A stretch of 64,000 bases of DNA from assembly GCA_964016885.1 (NCBI GenBank), contig OZ024741.1, forward strand, positions 332,816,001 through 332,880,000, read 5' to 3'. The notes below the pieces were generated by a model. The model saw only the letters and a list, made by a program, of their open reading frames with translations, did no database searches and had not been told where the DNA came from. This stretch comes from Eledone cirrhosa. Taxonomy: Eukaryota. The translations under genes and the position numbers were made by a program. Positions 1 to 12,539 of this stretch are shown here, in pieces (the stretch's first letter is position 1; each line of letters opens with the position of its first letter).

Positions 1-211
1 AGAGGTTGAAGCCTTTAAAGAAGGCTGTGAGTTCTTTTCTGAACCTGTCACAAGCACGTGGGCCGCACTTAGTCATGGTCAAAAGACCATCAACACGGTA
101 CAAACCACCGCCCATGTTGGGGAATTCTTCCTTGATAGAGAAAAGAAGGAAAAGGCCGATAAGATCAGTAACCTCCGCAGAATCGCTGGCGCCCATACTC
201 ACGTCGAATGG
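1..211 (-). pseudogene. Penelope-like element reverse transcriptase fragment (runs off the window start)
   Basis: Manual minus-strand translation gives PFDVSMGASDSAEVTDLIGLFLL...GGLYRVDGLL...DRFRKELTAFFKGFNL. This matches the PLE RT pattern FDVxMGxxDxAExxxLxG...GLYRDDGL, with the first catalytic D changed to V. Confidence 0.8.
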
Positions 212-386
212 GATACTATTAGATATATATCTATATACATATGTATATATGTATATATGTATATATATATATACTTGTTTACCAGCAAATTGAATTGCCA
301 CCTGTCATATAATATCCCCCCTCTTCTTCCTTTCTTACAACTAATATAAGTACTTCAATTTTTCTCATTTTTTCCAATTCATCCAA

Positions 387-505
387 TATCTCTGAAGAAG
401 TGACAACTGATTATACATTTGCTATCGAATACTTGCTAACATTATATGATTACGCAAGCAGCGATACATAGGTATTCCGTCTGTTACAGAAACATATGTC
501 AATAC
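387..505 (+). ncRNA. Type I hammerhead ribozyme motif, long helix II, damaged helix I
   Basis: CTGAAGA at 392-398; helix II GTGACA...TGTTAC; GAAA at 489-492; palindromic helix III ACATATGT; triplet GTC. Helix I TATCT/A-ATA needs a one-base gap. Confidence 0.55.
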
Positions 506-547
506 CTAATAAATCCCTTTATAAAAGCACTTTCATTTTATATTCAT

Positions 548-590
<43 letters not shown>

Positions 591-904
591 ATGTATATAT
601 GTGTGTGTCCGCATGTATCTGTGTGTTTCTAAATATATTGTTAATAACTCCCTCTGGTCGAGCAACCTTTGAAGTGTGGGGACGGCTGGAAGGCTTCCAT
701 TACTCATACTTCTCGCCTTCTTCACCACCTCTTCTACGGCCTCGATATAAATACCCCCTCAACCGCCGTGGTATGTTCTTCGGGGTTATAAGAGGCTTAG
801 CTCTGTTTCCCGACCGTTATATCGCGTGACTATCTCCCCCTCCGCCTTTTGGGATTCTTTCTCACGTCGTGTAGACGCGTTCTTGAGACTAGTAAAATGA
901 GGTA

Positions 905-994
905 TCCTCTTGATAAGTCGGCAGACCTCGCAAGGACTCTATATCTTTATGATATATTGTTTTTGTTTATGCCACGAAACTACGTAGTCGAGGA
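905..994 (+). ncRNA. Degenerate type I hammerhead motif
   Basis: Helix I TCCTC/GAGGA; core TTGATAA (two changes from CTGATGA); helix II GTcGGCA/TGCCAC; GAAA; palindromic helix III ACTACGTAGT; triplet GTC. Confidence 0.55.
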
Positions 995-1080
995 ATTTAG
1001 GAGCAGTTTAGGTATGATACATTTTATTACTAATTATATCTAAATGTTTCTTCTCTCTTCATTATATATATATATATATG

Positions 1081-1132
<52 letters not shown>

Positions 1133-1283
1133 GAAGGCGCATGGCTTAGTGGTTAAAGCATTGGGCTTGTAATCAAAAGGTTGTGAATTCAATTCTTGGA
1201 CCGGGTGATGTGTTGTTTCCTTGAGCAAGACACTTTATTTCACGTTGCTCCAGTTTACTCAGCTGTAGAAATGAGTACCGGTA
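1133..1283 (+). mobile_element. tRNA-derived SINE family 1 (head and core), 3' truncated
   Basis: A-box-like TGGCTTAGTGG and B-box-like GAATTCAATTC, followed by the core TCCTTGAGCAAGACACTTT. Closely similar copies lie at 33302, 36962 and 58152. Confidence 0.8.
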
Positions 1284-4200
1284 TATCATCAGCATCATCA
1301 TCATGGTTTAACGTCCATCTTCCACGCTAGCATGGGTTTGGACGGGAATTTTCCCACTTGAGGCAAGATTGGTTGTCTTGCTCGTATAGGACTGTCTGGC
1401 GGGTTTTCTACGGCTGGATGCCCTTCGTAACACCAACCACGTTTATAGTGTGGACTGAGAGGTTTTTACCGTGTTACCTACACGGCCACATTACAGCGTG
1501 GACTGTGTGTTTTTTTGTCGTGACACCTACACGACCTCATTTGTTTCGGACTAGATGTTGTGGTACCAACATAACTTTATATTGGAAGGAGTGGGGGTAG
1601 TGGGGTCGGGATGTATTTTTGTTAAGAGGTGCCAACTGACTGTAGGTTTCGCTTTGTATTTAGGCAAAGCGGGTCTTCTGTATTACTGCGTAGCACCAAA
1701 GATCTCGGTCCAGTGACATTTTCTTGGAGAGATGTAAGTGTGTAAGGTCGGAATTTATCAAGTCATCCCAGGTTTTTCTGGGTCTGCCTACTCCGTAGCT
1801 ACGGTCTATTTTTATCGCCCTGCACTTTTTTATACAGCTGTCATCTTTCATGCGCATCACGTGACCGTACCAACGTAGTCTTCTCTCGAGTAAACAGCAT
1901 CTGATCTCTCTTATTCCTAATTTCTCACTTAGTTCATTTATGCTTTGCCGTTCACGTATATTACTATTAAACATCTAACGGAGCATGCAAGCTTCGTTCC
2001 TCTCCAGTCTGCACAGATCCTCTGCACACAATGCCCATGTCTCACTGCCATGTAACATTGTTGTTCGTATGCAGGCATCATACAGTCTGCCTTTCATTTT
2101 TAGAGAGAAACCTTTAACGGCCAATAGTGGTATAAGCTCTCTGAATATTTTCCATCCGGTTCTGACTCTGGCTCCTGTATTTTCAGAGCACCCTCCACCA
2201 CTGCTGATTTTGTCACCCAGGTAATGGAAGGTGTCCACTATTTCTATAGAACCATCTGGGCAATGGAAGGAGCTAGTATCCTGTGGGCACTTGCTGCTAC
2301 TTATTGCACCTGACCACTGGCCACATATAAAATCTACGTTCTTAGATAGCTTACCTGTGATCTCACTACATCTTTTATGCACCCATACTTTGCATTTGGG
2401 ACATACAATGGAGTTTCTGCCTACTCCTTTCCTACACACTGAGCATGGCCATTTCCTAGATGGGACTGGTGCCCTATTTTCCTTCCTACATACTAGAACT
2501 TTAGTCTTAGACAAGTTTATTTTAAGGCCTTTTGATTCTAGGACATGATTCTATGTTTGGAATTTCATCTCTAGTTCAACCATTGATTCAGTTATGAGCA
2601 TTAGATCATCTGCATATAGAAGTTCCCATGGGCAGCCTGTCTTGAACTCCTCTGCTTTAGCCTGAAGGACAATAATAAATAGGAGGGGGCTAAGGAGAGA
2701 GCCCTCATAAACACCAACTTTTACACTAAATTCTTCACTATATTCGTTGTTAATTCTAACGTTGCTAACTGTTTCTTTATACATGGCTTGTATAGCTGTC
2801 ACAAACCATTCATCAACACCTAGTTTTATAAGAGCCCACCAGATAATGGAGCGGGGGACTCTGTCAAAGGCTTTCTCCAAGTCAACAAAAGCTAAGTATA
2901 GGGGTTTACTTTTAGCTAGGTACTTCTCCTGTAGTTGTCGTACAATGAAAAGAGCATCTGTGGTACTTTTCCCTGACACAAACCCGAACTGCATTTCATC
3001 TAGATCAATTCGCTCTCTGATTAGTTGCGCTATTACTTTTTCTGTGACCTTCATGACCTGGTCGATTTATTTAATGCCTCTATAGTTACCCCTATCTAGG
3101 GCATCTCATTTACCATTGTAGCAGTTAATGATGATGCTGCTACACCAGTCCTTCGGAACGACCCCATTCTGTATGACTTGGTTTATACTCCGGGTGACCA
3201 TAGTGTGTCCCACTGTTCCAGATGCTTTCAGCATTTCAGCAACTATTTCCGAAGGCCCGACCGCCTTGCCCGTCTTCATGTCTTTGATCGCCTTACTTAT
3301 TATACTACCTTCAACTTGCACTGCTGGTCCCTCTATTGGATCTATGTGGGGGAGACTGTCTTTCTCCCAATTATTCTCCTCATTGAGTAGCCTTTCGTAG
3401 TGACACTTCCAAGCTACCTTCTTATCAGCGTCAGTGATGGCAAGTACACCATCATCATTAAGGACACACTTCTCCCCGACAATATCACTGTTTTCCTTGA
3501 CACATTGCCTAGCAATCATGAACACCTCACGTTTTTGGTCCTCGCGTTGTAGAACATGCTTGAACTTCTTTCCTCTGCTTCCCTTCTTGCGAAGTACACT
3601 TGACCCCTATCTTCCCTCCTGGCCACTTGATAGTCTTCTCTACTTCCCCCATCCCACCATACTTTCCAAGCCTGCTTTTTGGCCTTAATTGACTCCTCCA
3701 CCTTACTGTTCCAGCACCATGTTACTCTCCTCCTGCCTATAGCCCTGCTCCAGCCACAGACATCATCTGCCGCCTTCAGCAGGTTAGCTTTCAGGAATTC
3801 CCACTGTTCCTCTATATTGTACGACTCTAAATGCTCTTCCTTACTGTTAAAAGCATCAAGTAATATGCTTTTAAATTTATTACTGGCTGTGAGGTCCTTT
3901 AGCTTCCATATTTTTCTCCTGAGGATAGTCCTCCTCTGTTGTCGAGTACGTCTTGTCCTGACTAAGAGGTCGCTGACTATGAGTCTATGTTGGGAGGTGC
4001 ATTCTTCATGGGGGAGGGATTTAGTGTTTACAACAGACACTCTATCACGTCTTCTGGTAAGGATATAATCTATCTGACTGGCGTGTTCCCCTGATATATA
4101 GGTGATCAAGTGATTGTCTCGTATTTTGAAGTTAGTGTTACAGATAGTTAGGTTATTTGCATCACAGAATTCCAGGATTCTGGAGCCTTCCTCATTTCTA

Positions 4201-4900
4201 GTACCAAACACATAGCCTCCATGGATTCCATCATAGCCATCACAATGTTGTCCAACGTGAGCATTTAGGTCTCCAGCAATAATTATGTAGTCACTGTCAG
4301 TTATTTGGGAGGTCGTGAGCATCAATGTCTCATAGAATCTGTCTTTTATAACGCCAGGCAGTCCGGATTGGGGAGCGTATGCAGATATTACTGTCACAGT
4401 AGTTCTATTTAGGACATGTCTTATTTTAATTATTCTGTCGCTCACTCTATTTACGTCTATTATCTTATCTACCCATTTTTCTGCTAACATGATTCCTCCC
4501 CCACCCAGCCCATTGTCATTTCCCACCCAGAAAAGCTTATAGCATCGTTTTTAACCCACAATGAATCTAGCAAACCTACCCCTCCACCTGGTCTCTTGGA
4601 TACAACAAACATCAACCTCCTTACGTTCAAGCATTTCTACAACCTCGTTAGAGCGACCTTTTAAGGTGCCTACATTCATGGTACCAACTCTGAAGTTTTG
4701 GATTGCGTTTGGTGGGTGGGAACGGTGGGGCGAGGGGAGGGTTGAGAGGGCTGGGTTTGGGGTTATGTTGGCCATCCACGGCCGAAATAAAGAGGAGTCC
4801 TTGCCTTTTTGTTCGGCAGTATGAGGTGAATTTGTCCGCTGACTTATGATTGGTCGAAATAATAATGGTGGCATGTGTGGGCGGATAGGAGAGGTATGGT
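1284..4900 (-). mobile_element. Near full-length decayed RTE-type LINE (APE endonuclease + RT)
   Basis: Consecutive minus ORFs give the endonuclease (TMNVGTL, IQETRW, YAPQ, GDLNAH, IDYIL, SQHRL) and the RT (QFGF, AFVDLEKAFDRV, LSPLLF, LLYADD), then a Cys-rich insert and the C-terminus [11 protein letters not shown]...GRPRKTW. There is a (GAT)n-type tail at the 3' end and several stops and frameshifts. Confidence 0.92.
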
Positions 4901-5143
4901 GTAGTTAGCGAGAAGGTTTAAATAAAATCCTCAAATTTTGGGCATAATTGGACAAGCATATAACAGTAATAAGCGAATAATATTTAGAACAACCTGACAG
5001 AATTATAGAATAGCATTGAGATGGACCAGGAAGATGGAGAGACAAGAAAAGAAAATGGCATTTTACATTACATTTCACAGGAGAGCGAACAGTGTGACCA
5101 TTAATAAGATTTACATATCATCATCAAATACATATATATATAT

Positions 5144-5295
5144 ACAATATCTTAATAAATGGAAACTATATTTATAAAACCATATTTATTTTATTATACA
5201 TATTTCAAGGGCCACCAAGGCAAATTATGGTGCGCTTTAATCAGATAAAATAAATATGGTTTTATAAATATAGTTTCCATTTATTAATATATTGT
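5144..5295 (-). ncRNA. Hammerhead-like core closed by a 51-bp inverted repeat
   Basis: Arms 5144-5194 and 5245-5295 pair at 50 of 51 positions. On the minus strand the loop reads CTGATTA, helix II (AAGcGCACCA/TGGTGGcCCTT), GAAA, TATGTA, TA. Confidence 0.65.
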
Positions 5296-5383
5296 GTATT
5301 TACTCCCCTAAGCTGTTGAGTGCTTTATATCAGTTATAAAAATGTTTAAGCTTGTTGAATCCCAACAAATTAAATATAACCTC

Positions 5384-5436
<53 letters not shown>

Positions 5437-5464
5437 CTAGATATATATATATATATACATATAT

Positions 5465-5495
<31 letters not shown>

Positions 5496-5499
<4 letters not shown>

Positions 5500-6102
5500 A
5501 AATTGAGATAAGCGGGACAAGCAAAATTCAAACAATCTTTCAAAATAAATTCAAAAAATATAATTTACATATTTACCTATCCATATTTCTTTTGCTGATG
5601 GTTTCACCTCACAAAAGATTGGAAATCCAACGGACTTCCAATGGAAAGTTCGGCTCTTCAGAAAGCATTTTCCCTTACATAGGACATAAAGTCCCACAGC
5701 CAGCAAATATATTGCCTTCAGCCAACTAGTGCAAGATCGAATGGGGCCGTAAACGTGACCTACACGTGAACTGGTCATTAGTAGAAGCGGGTGTAGCATA
5801 GATGTGTTTTCTGCCACCCCACTAAAAATAGCAGCTAGGTAAACGACCGATTTTTTCTCTACACATGGGACAATATACATAAAATGAGATCAATATCCCC
5901 ACAGGTACTAAGTACCCTTGGAAATATATAGGGTGTCTATGATACAGATGTTGTTCAATGGTATTAATTTGACATACCAGAACTATAAAATTGAGATAAG
6001 CGGGACAAGCAAAATTCAAACAATCCTTCAAAATAAATTCAAAAAATATAATTTAAATATTTACCTATACATATTGCTTTTACTGACGGTTTTGCCTCAC
6101 AA
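5496..6102 (-). mobile_element. Non-coding partial tandem (pseudo-LTR-like) insert in (TA)n carrying a hammerhead-like motif
   Basis: Direct repeat of about 119 bp at 5496-5614 and 5984-6102 (offset 488). Minus strand 5667-5593 reads CTGAAGA GCC...GGT GAAA CCA TC; the second repeat copy reads GGC AAAA CCG TC. Helix I is weak. Confidence 0.5.
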
Positions 6103-6154
6103 TATATATATATATATATACATATATCTATATATATACATATATATATATATA

Positions 6155-6216
<62 letters not shown>

Positions 6217-6233
6217 CAGATATATATATATAC

Positions 6234-6284
<51 letters not shown>

Positions 6285-6301
6285 CAGATATATATATATA
6301 C

Positions 6302-6358
<57 letters not shown>

Positions 6359-6364
6359 TATACA

Positions 6365-6456
<92 letters not shown>

Positions 6457-6638
6457 TATGTATATATACATATATATACATATATATATATACATATACA
6501 TACATATATATACACACATATATATATATATGTGTATATATGTATATACATATATATGTATTACCCTATGTACTATACATACACTTTTGATGAGTTGTAG
6601 TGCACCTGAGCACTGTACACAATATTTTCATTATTATT

Positions 6639-6724
<86 letters not shown>

Positions 6725-6745
6725 CATGTATATATATATATGTAT
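6102..6745. repeat. Long (TA)n/(TATACA)n microsatellite
   Basis: Directly visible; it is the source of the YI-repeat ORFs. Confidence 0.95.
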
Positions 6746-6759
6746 AACTTTGATAACTT

Positions 6760-9720
6760 TGATAGGTTTCGGCCAGTATTGGCCCAGGCCATGTCTAACT
6801 TAATAGCACCACCTGGCGAAGTCTTACAAATGAGTGTTTGCGCACCATGGCCCACTCGAGCAGAGAGTTATTGTTTACGGAGGCATATCTGGGTGTAGGA
6901 GGCTTATCCGGGATTTCTTGAAGGAATTTATCCAAAGACTTCTTGAACTTGATGGGGTCTGTCTCTGCTTTGATGTGTTTTGGTGTAATGTTAAAGAGTG
7001 CAGGGCCAATTGAGGTGAAATAATTGTGCTGTATTGTTGTAATGAGATGCGAGTGAGATTTTTGTCGTGGGCGGATAGCACGGGGCCCAAGCCTTGGGTG
7101 TACATTAAAGGTGATGCTAACATCATTTGGGCTAAGCTGATGGAATATTTTCTACATCATGCAGATAATGTAGCGCTCACGGCGACGTTGGGGAGAATAA
7201 AGGTTGAGCTTTTCTAATCGACTCCAATAGTCAAGGCCTGTTATGCCATCTATCTTTTTTGTAATTGACCTTTGGGGTGCTTCAACTTTCATGATACTTT
7301 GTTTCGTGTGGGGTGACCACAGTAGACAACAGTATTCAAGGTGGGGTCGGGCAAAAGTGGAGAAGAGAAGGATGACAGTGAGGATATCTCTCGACTGGAA
7401 AGTTCTGAGAATCCAGGAAAACATTCTGCGGGTCATATCAACTTTGCTGTTTATATGAGTGGCCCAGCTTACGTTGTTGTCCACAATTACTCCCAGGTCT
7501 CTGATGTTATTGGAAGCCACCAGAGTTTCACCCGAAGGAAGAGAGTATGGTAGTTTCATGGCATCCTTTTTTCCAAAGTGGATTAATTCAAACTTATCCT
7601 CATTCAACAGCATATTATTCCTTTCTGCCCATTGGATAATAGCCAGTAGGTCTGACTGAAGGCAAGTCCGGTCACCCACCTCATTGATGACCCTTTGGAG
7701 CTTGGAATCATCTGCGAAGATTCTTATGTTGCTGTGCTTGATGATGTCAGTAATGTCATTAATGTAGATGATGAAAAGAAGTGGGCCCAACACAGTGCCT
7801 TGTGGGACGCCACTGCTGACTTTGACAGGGCTTGATTTTACTCCTTTGACTACAACATGCTGGGTTCTGCCTATCAGGAAACATTTGATCCACTGTAGTA
7901 ACCTTCCAGAGACACCAACATTGGATAGTTTTTTCAGTAGAATTTTATGATCAACCCTGTCAAAGGCCTTGCTGAAATCAAAGTAGATAACATCAGTGTT
8001 GGAGCCCTCTCCCAAGGCTCTCAAAACATCGTCAAAGTGATGCAGGAGCTGCGTTTGGCAATCCCTTCCATTACAGAACCCATGTTGGTTGGAGTTCAGC
8101 AGGCCGTTGCTTTCAAAAAAGTGGGTTATTCGTGATCTCACCACCCTCTCAAATACCTTGATAATATGAGTAGTAAGTGAGATCGGACGGTAGTTCACTG
8201 CAAGGGACTTATTTCCCTTTTTGAAGACTGGACTAGAAAGTTTTCAGGAATATAGCCAGTGTCCAGTGAGTTCCTCCACAGATTAGCAAGAGGAGATGCA
8301 AGTTGGTATCGACCCACCTTCAGGACACAAGCAGGGAACCTGTCGGGGCCTACTTCTGAATTGTGTTTAATTTCGTTTATTGCCACTAAGACATCAGGGG
8401 CGCCAAATGTTATGTCTGATATAGTGTGTTGGAGATTAACATCACTGATACAGCCCAATCGGCCATATCAGGATTGCTGAAAACAGAGCTGTTTCTGCAG
8501 TATCTCGCCCATGGTTTTGGCATTGTCCTGGAGTGTGTCATTTTCATCAACTAAGGCGCCAACAGTGGAGATGGTGACCTTGTGTTTTTTAGCAAATTAA
8601 AAGAACACTTTGGGGTTGAGTTTGATTTTCTCAATGGCCCACCTCTCTTCAGCTATTCTCTGGTTATTGATGATGGTCATCATGCATTGCTGGAGGTTAT
8701 ATTTTTTTGACTTAAGCAGGGCGATAGCCATTGAATGTGTGTGTTGCTGTTGGCAGTATTTTAGTGTGTTAATTTTTTTGTTTGTTCTTTTTATTTTTCT
8801 GTAAATTGTTTTTCTGTTTCGGGGGATACTGCACTTGGTTTTGTTCACAGGTTTTGGTGGGGTGTGTTTTGTACATATATTTGTGACAGTGTCTACAAAG
8901 ATCTGCCAAGATGTTTTGATGTTGGTGGAAGTGTGTGCGTGTGTAAAAGACCAGTTGACATGTGATAGTTTGTTCATAATTGCATCCCAGTTGGCATTGT
9001 AGAGATCCATGTTATCAAATGGGTGGGCTGGAAAGAGGACCCTGGGATTAGCTTTCGGCTGATGGAATCTCAGGTTTCAAAGAACCATGTCATGGTCTAA
9101 GAGAAGGGTTTTTTCCACTGTAATATTATGTATAGTGTTAGTGTGGTTACTAAACACTAGATCCAGAATGTTCTTCTGATGCCTCGTTGGTGCAAGGACA
9201 AGTTGGGACAAGAAAAACTCATTCATGAAGTCAAGAAGTGACTCAACAGCCTCTTTGTCAGTGGTTGAGGCTGTGGAGCCTGGTTTCAAACTGCTTGTAG
9301 ACCAAGCAACACAGGGTAGATTAAAGTCTCCCATTAAAAGTATGTTGCTAGAATGGCACTGTTTAATAAAGCATTTAATACTGTTGAGGCATTCTTTGAA
9401 ACAGATTATGGGTGTTTGTGGCGGCCTATAGAGCCCAACTAATGTCAGGTCATTGGCTTTATTGTGCACAGTGACTGATTCACAGTATCCATTAGAGAAT
9501 GTTGTGTTACCATCTGCCGTAAAGGAATCATGCAGGAAAATGGCAGTTCCACCCTTCCTTCTGCCAACACAATCCGTACGGATGGTTGTGAAATTTCTCA
9601 CTCTTACTTCGGCCTCCAAGTGGGAGTTGTCAAGGTGGGTCTCAGTAAGAATGAAGAAGGGGATGTGAAATGGATGGTTACCAACCCAATCCTCAATGAA
9701 TTGGATTTTCCATTTCTGTG
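6760..9720 (-). mobile_element. Decayed CR1-group LINE ORF2 (APE endonuclease + RT), 5' truncated
   Basis: Endonuclease motifs LTETHL, LYRPP, MGDFNLP, ILDLVF, DHDMV; RT motifs NYRPISLT, QHGF, DFSKAFDRVDH, GVPQGTVLGPLLF, FADDSK, RPHLEYC. Confidence 0.9.
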
Positions 9721-9803
9721 CATTATATGCATGTATATACATGTATATATATATGTATGTATATGTATGTATATATATATATATATATATTTATATATGT
9801 AAA

Positions 9804-9875
<72 letters not shown>

Positions 9876-10363
9876 CATATATAAATATATATATACATAT
9901 ACATATATATATATATATATATATACACGCACACATACATATAAAGCATAAAACAATCTACTAAAAGTAAAAGCCAACAAACTTGTCTTTTACAAATACA
10001 CAAATGAAGGAATGTTTAGTCACGTTTGGAAGCGTGAAAGAAAATAATGAATTTGCTTTTAATATCTTCCAAATATACACTGCAGATTCTAGAGATAATG
10101 ATTAATAAAGAGAAGCAAAAAATGACAAAAAAAAAAAAAATTGTGAAGAGTGGAGCATGAGTGATACAATGGTAATTACAATAAGCAAGAGGAGAAAAGA
10201 GTTGTTAAAATGGACATTTTGCCTGCTGCTACAGTGAATGATATAGAAATCAAGATAGAAACTATCAAACCACCAAATTAAAAAAAGCAATGTATATATA
10301 TTTATATATATCTATAGCTGTTGGAATGGTAAGAGCTCAGCCATCTAGTCCTGCCTCTTTATT

Positions 10364-10414
<51 letters not shown>

Positions 10415-10423
10415 ATAGAAATG

Positions 10424-10472
10424 GCTTCTACAGGACTAGAACTGTTTCATTAGGGAGAAATCATCAGGAAGC
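10424..10472 (-). ncRNA. Type I hammerhead motif with intact core
   Basis: Minus strand reads GCTTC CTGATGA tttctccctaat GAAA CAG ttctagtc CTG TA GAAGC. Helix II is weak here but reads TTC-ttat-GAA in the truncated sibling at 21565-21600. Confidence 0.7.
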
Positions 10473-10683
10473 TGACTGTCCAAGTAATATGGTGGTATTT
10501 ATACCTTTTCTGGTGGTAGGAGAAGGTGGTAATTCGGATGGTTGGAGCTCATTGGTTGATGGATTTAAAGAAAAGGGAATTCTTTAAAAACTATATTTAG
10601 AGTAACAAAGGCATACATTATAAAGTGAAATGACAGTAGGCCAAATATGTTGAATTTCCTTAATTTTTTTATTATAGCTGTAC

Positions 10684-10741
10684 ACACTATGGTCATTTCA
10701 GCAGCCAGGTTGCGTAAGAACCCGGTGACCTCATCAGGTGT
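10684..10741 (-). ncRNA. Type I hammerhead motif with intact core
   Basis: Minus strand reads ACAC CTGATGA GGTcaCCGGGTT cttacgc AACCTGGctGCT GAAA TGacCA TA GTGT. Confidence 0.75.
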
Positions 10742-11430
10742 AAATTGCGTAATAGATGTATACCAACGGAATGATGGTAAACTTTAAGGAAAAAAAGCAA
10801 AGAAAAAACAGAGAGGAAAAAGTGTGCTATGTTTTTGACCCAGAGACGGATGTAGTATCATGCTGCCACATTGATTGCCTGCCTCTGAGTCATGGTTAAC
10901 ATTGCAGAATGACCAATTCTACCCAGTGGTAAACCACCAAATTTAAATGTATATGTATATATATATATATATATGTAGGACTATATATATATAGGACTAT
11001 ATATATATATATATATATGTAGGACTATATAAATATATATATATATGTAGGACTATATAAATATATATATATATATATATGTAGGACTATATATAGGACT
11101 ATATATAGGACTATATATATATATATATATATATAGTCCTATACGAGCGAGACATGGTTACCCGACCAATCTTGCCTCAAGTGGGACAATTCCCGTCTAA
11201 CCCATGCTAGAGTGGAAGATAGACGTTAAATGATGATGATAATGATGATGATGATATATTTGAGTAAGGGGTTAACAGAACAGGGATGTGCGGATCACAC
11301 CACGGTCTGTCGGTTACGAAGCAGATAAAAGGAAGCACTCAACGACCTGTATAAATGGTACAAGATGGAGCATTATTTATTAATAAATGATGAGAGGCCA
11401 TATTCAGTTGATTCAGATTTATTTAAAACT

Positions 11431-11488
11431 CTGTTATACATATTCCACTGAGGACTATCAATTATGATAACCTGAGCTCCTCAGACAG
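11431..11488 (-). ncRNA. Type I hammerhead motif (GAAA changed to GGAA)
   Basis: Minus strand reads CTGT CTGAGGA GCTcAGG TTATCA taat TGATAG tCCTcAGT GGAA TATGTA TA ACAG. Confidence 0.6.
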
Positions 11489-11542
11489 CAAAACCTAAAA
11501 TAAGCATTGAAAGTTCCTAAGATACCTTTAAAGTTGGAAAAA

Positions 11543-11703
11543 TCCAATAATTTCTACGAAAGAGATTTTCTTTTCATGATACAGGGGTCCAGCTGAACGT
11601 GTGGTGTTGTTTTTTCAGGGGCTGGCCATAGAAGAAAAACACCATGCATTCAGCTGGCCCCCTGTATCACGAAAAGAAAATCTTTTTCGGGAAAATTATT
11701 GGA
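11543..11703. repeat. Inverted repeat/foldback with arms of about 65 bp
   Basis: TCCAATAATTTC...CAGCTGAACGTGTGGTGTT pairs imperfectly with AACACCATGCATTCAGCTG...GAAAATTATTGGA. Confidence 0.8.
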
Positions 11704-12539
11704 ACAGGAATTGAACTTGCAACCTTACAATTGTGAATTCTAACCACTAAACCATGCATAATTTTGGCAGAAATTGAGTTCCATCTGTAATATTTCAGTT
11801 CCAGTAGCTGTGATCTTCTTACTTGAATAATATTACTTTACTTCTCTCTCACTCCTCCCTCTCTCATCCTCTCTCACCCACCCCCTCTTTCACATCTTCA
11901 CATTCTGAGCTGAGATATGAAGTAGATTTTTGCCCAGTGGCAGCTTTATTACTTGTTTACAATTGCTCATAGGTTTGTGTTGTTGGCAGTGGTGTATGGT
12001 CTTTTGGTGGTAGCAGGTCATTTGGTGTTGATGTCGGTAGTAGTGCTGGCAGGTCATTTAGTGATCTTTTGGTGGTGGCAGTGATTGTGGTAGTAGTGGT
12101 TGGTCATATTTTGTGTTAAAAAAACACTTGTATATTCAGTCAGCCATTTTGGAGAAATATATATATATAATTTTGAAAATTCCTTCCTAACTAACGTTTC
12201 GATGGGAAACATGCTTGGAATTCAGGAAAGGTTTAAACCTTTCCCAACCACATTTCTAATGAAATACATTCTATTTCAAATAACTAATGAATAATTTTGA
12301 GAGTTTCATTAAAATTTAGACTAATTCCATTATTAAGATAATAATTTGACATATCATTCTGGATGTTATCCAACCAAGTTGGTTTGCTTAGGGATCCAGC
12401 TGGATGGTGATGGCTGCTTCCCATAGGACCCCTTGGAAGGCATGTCTAAAGACTGTGCTTCATTGACCCTCTTAGGAATTAGGGGGCATATGAAAAGAGA
12501 AAGAAGGTTCTTATGTAAATTTGTGTTGGGAGATTTTAA

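Noticed and set aside
1133-1205. tRNA-like sequences at SINE heads
   Set aside because: They continue into SINE cores and lack a proper acceptor stem, so they are not tRNA genes.
5918-6898. 326-aa ORF and the many other YI-, TH- or CV-repeat ORFs
   Set aside because: They are translations of (TA)n/(CA)n microsatellites, which lack stop codons by composition.
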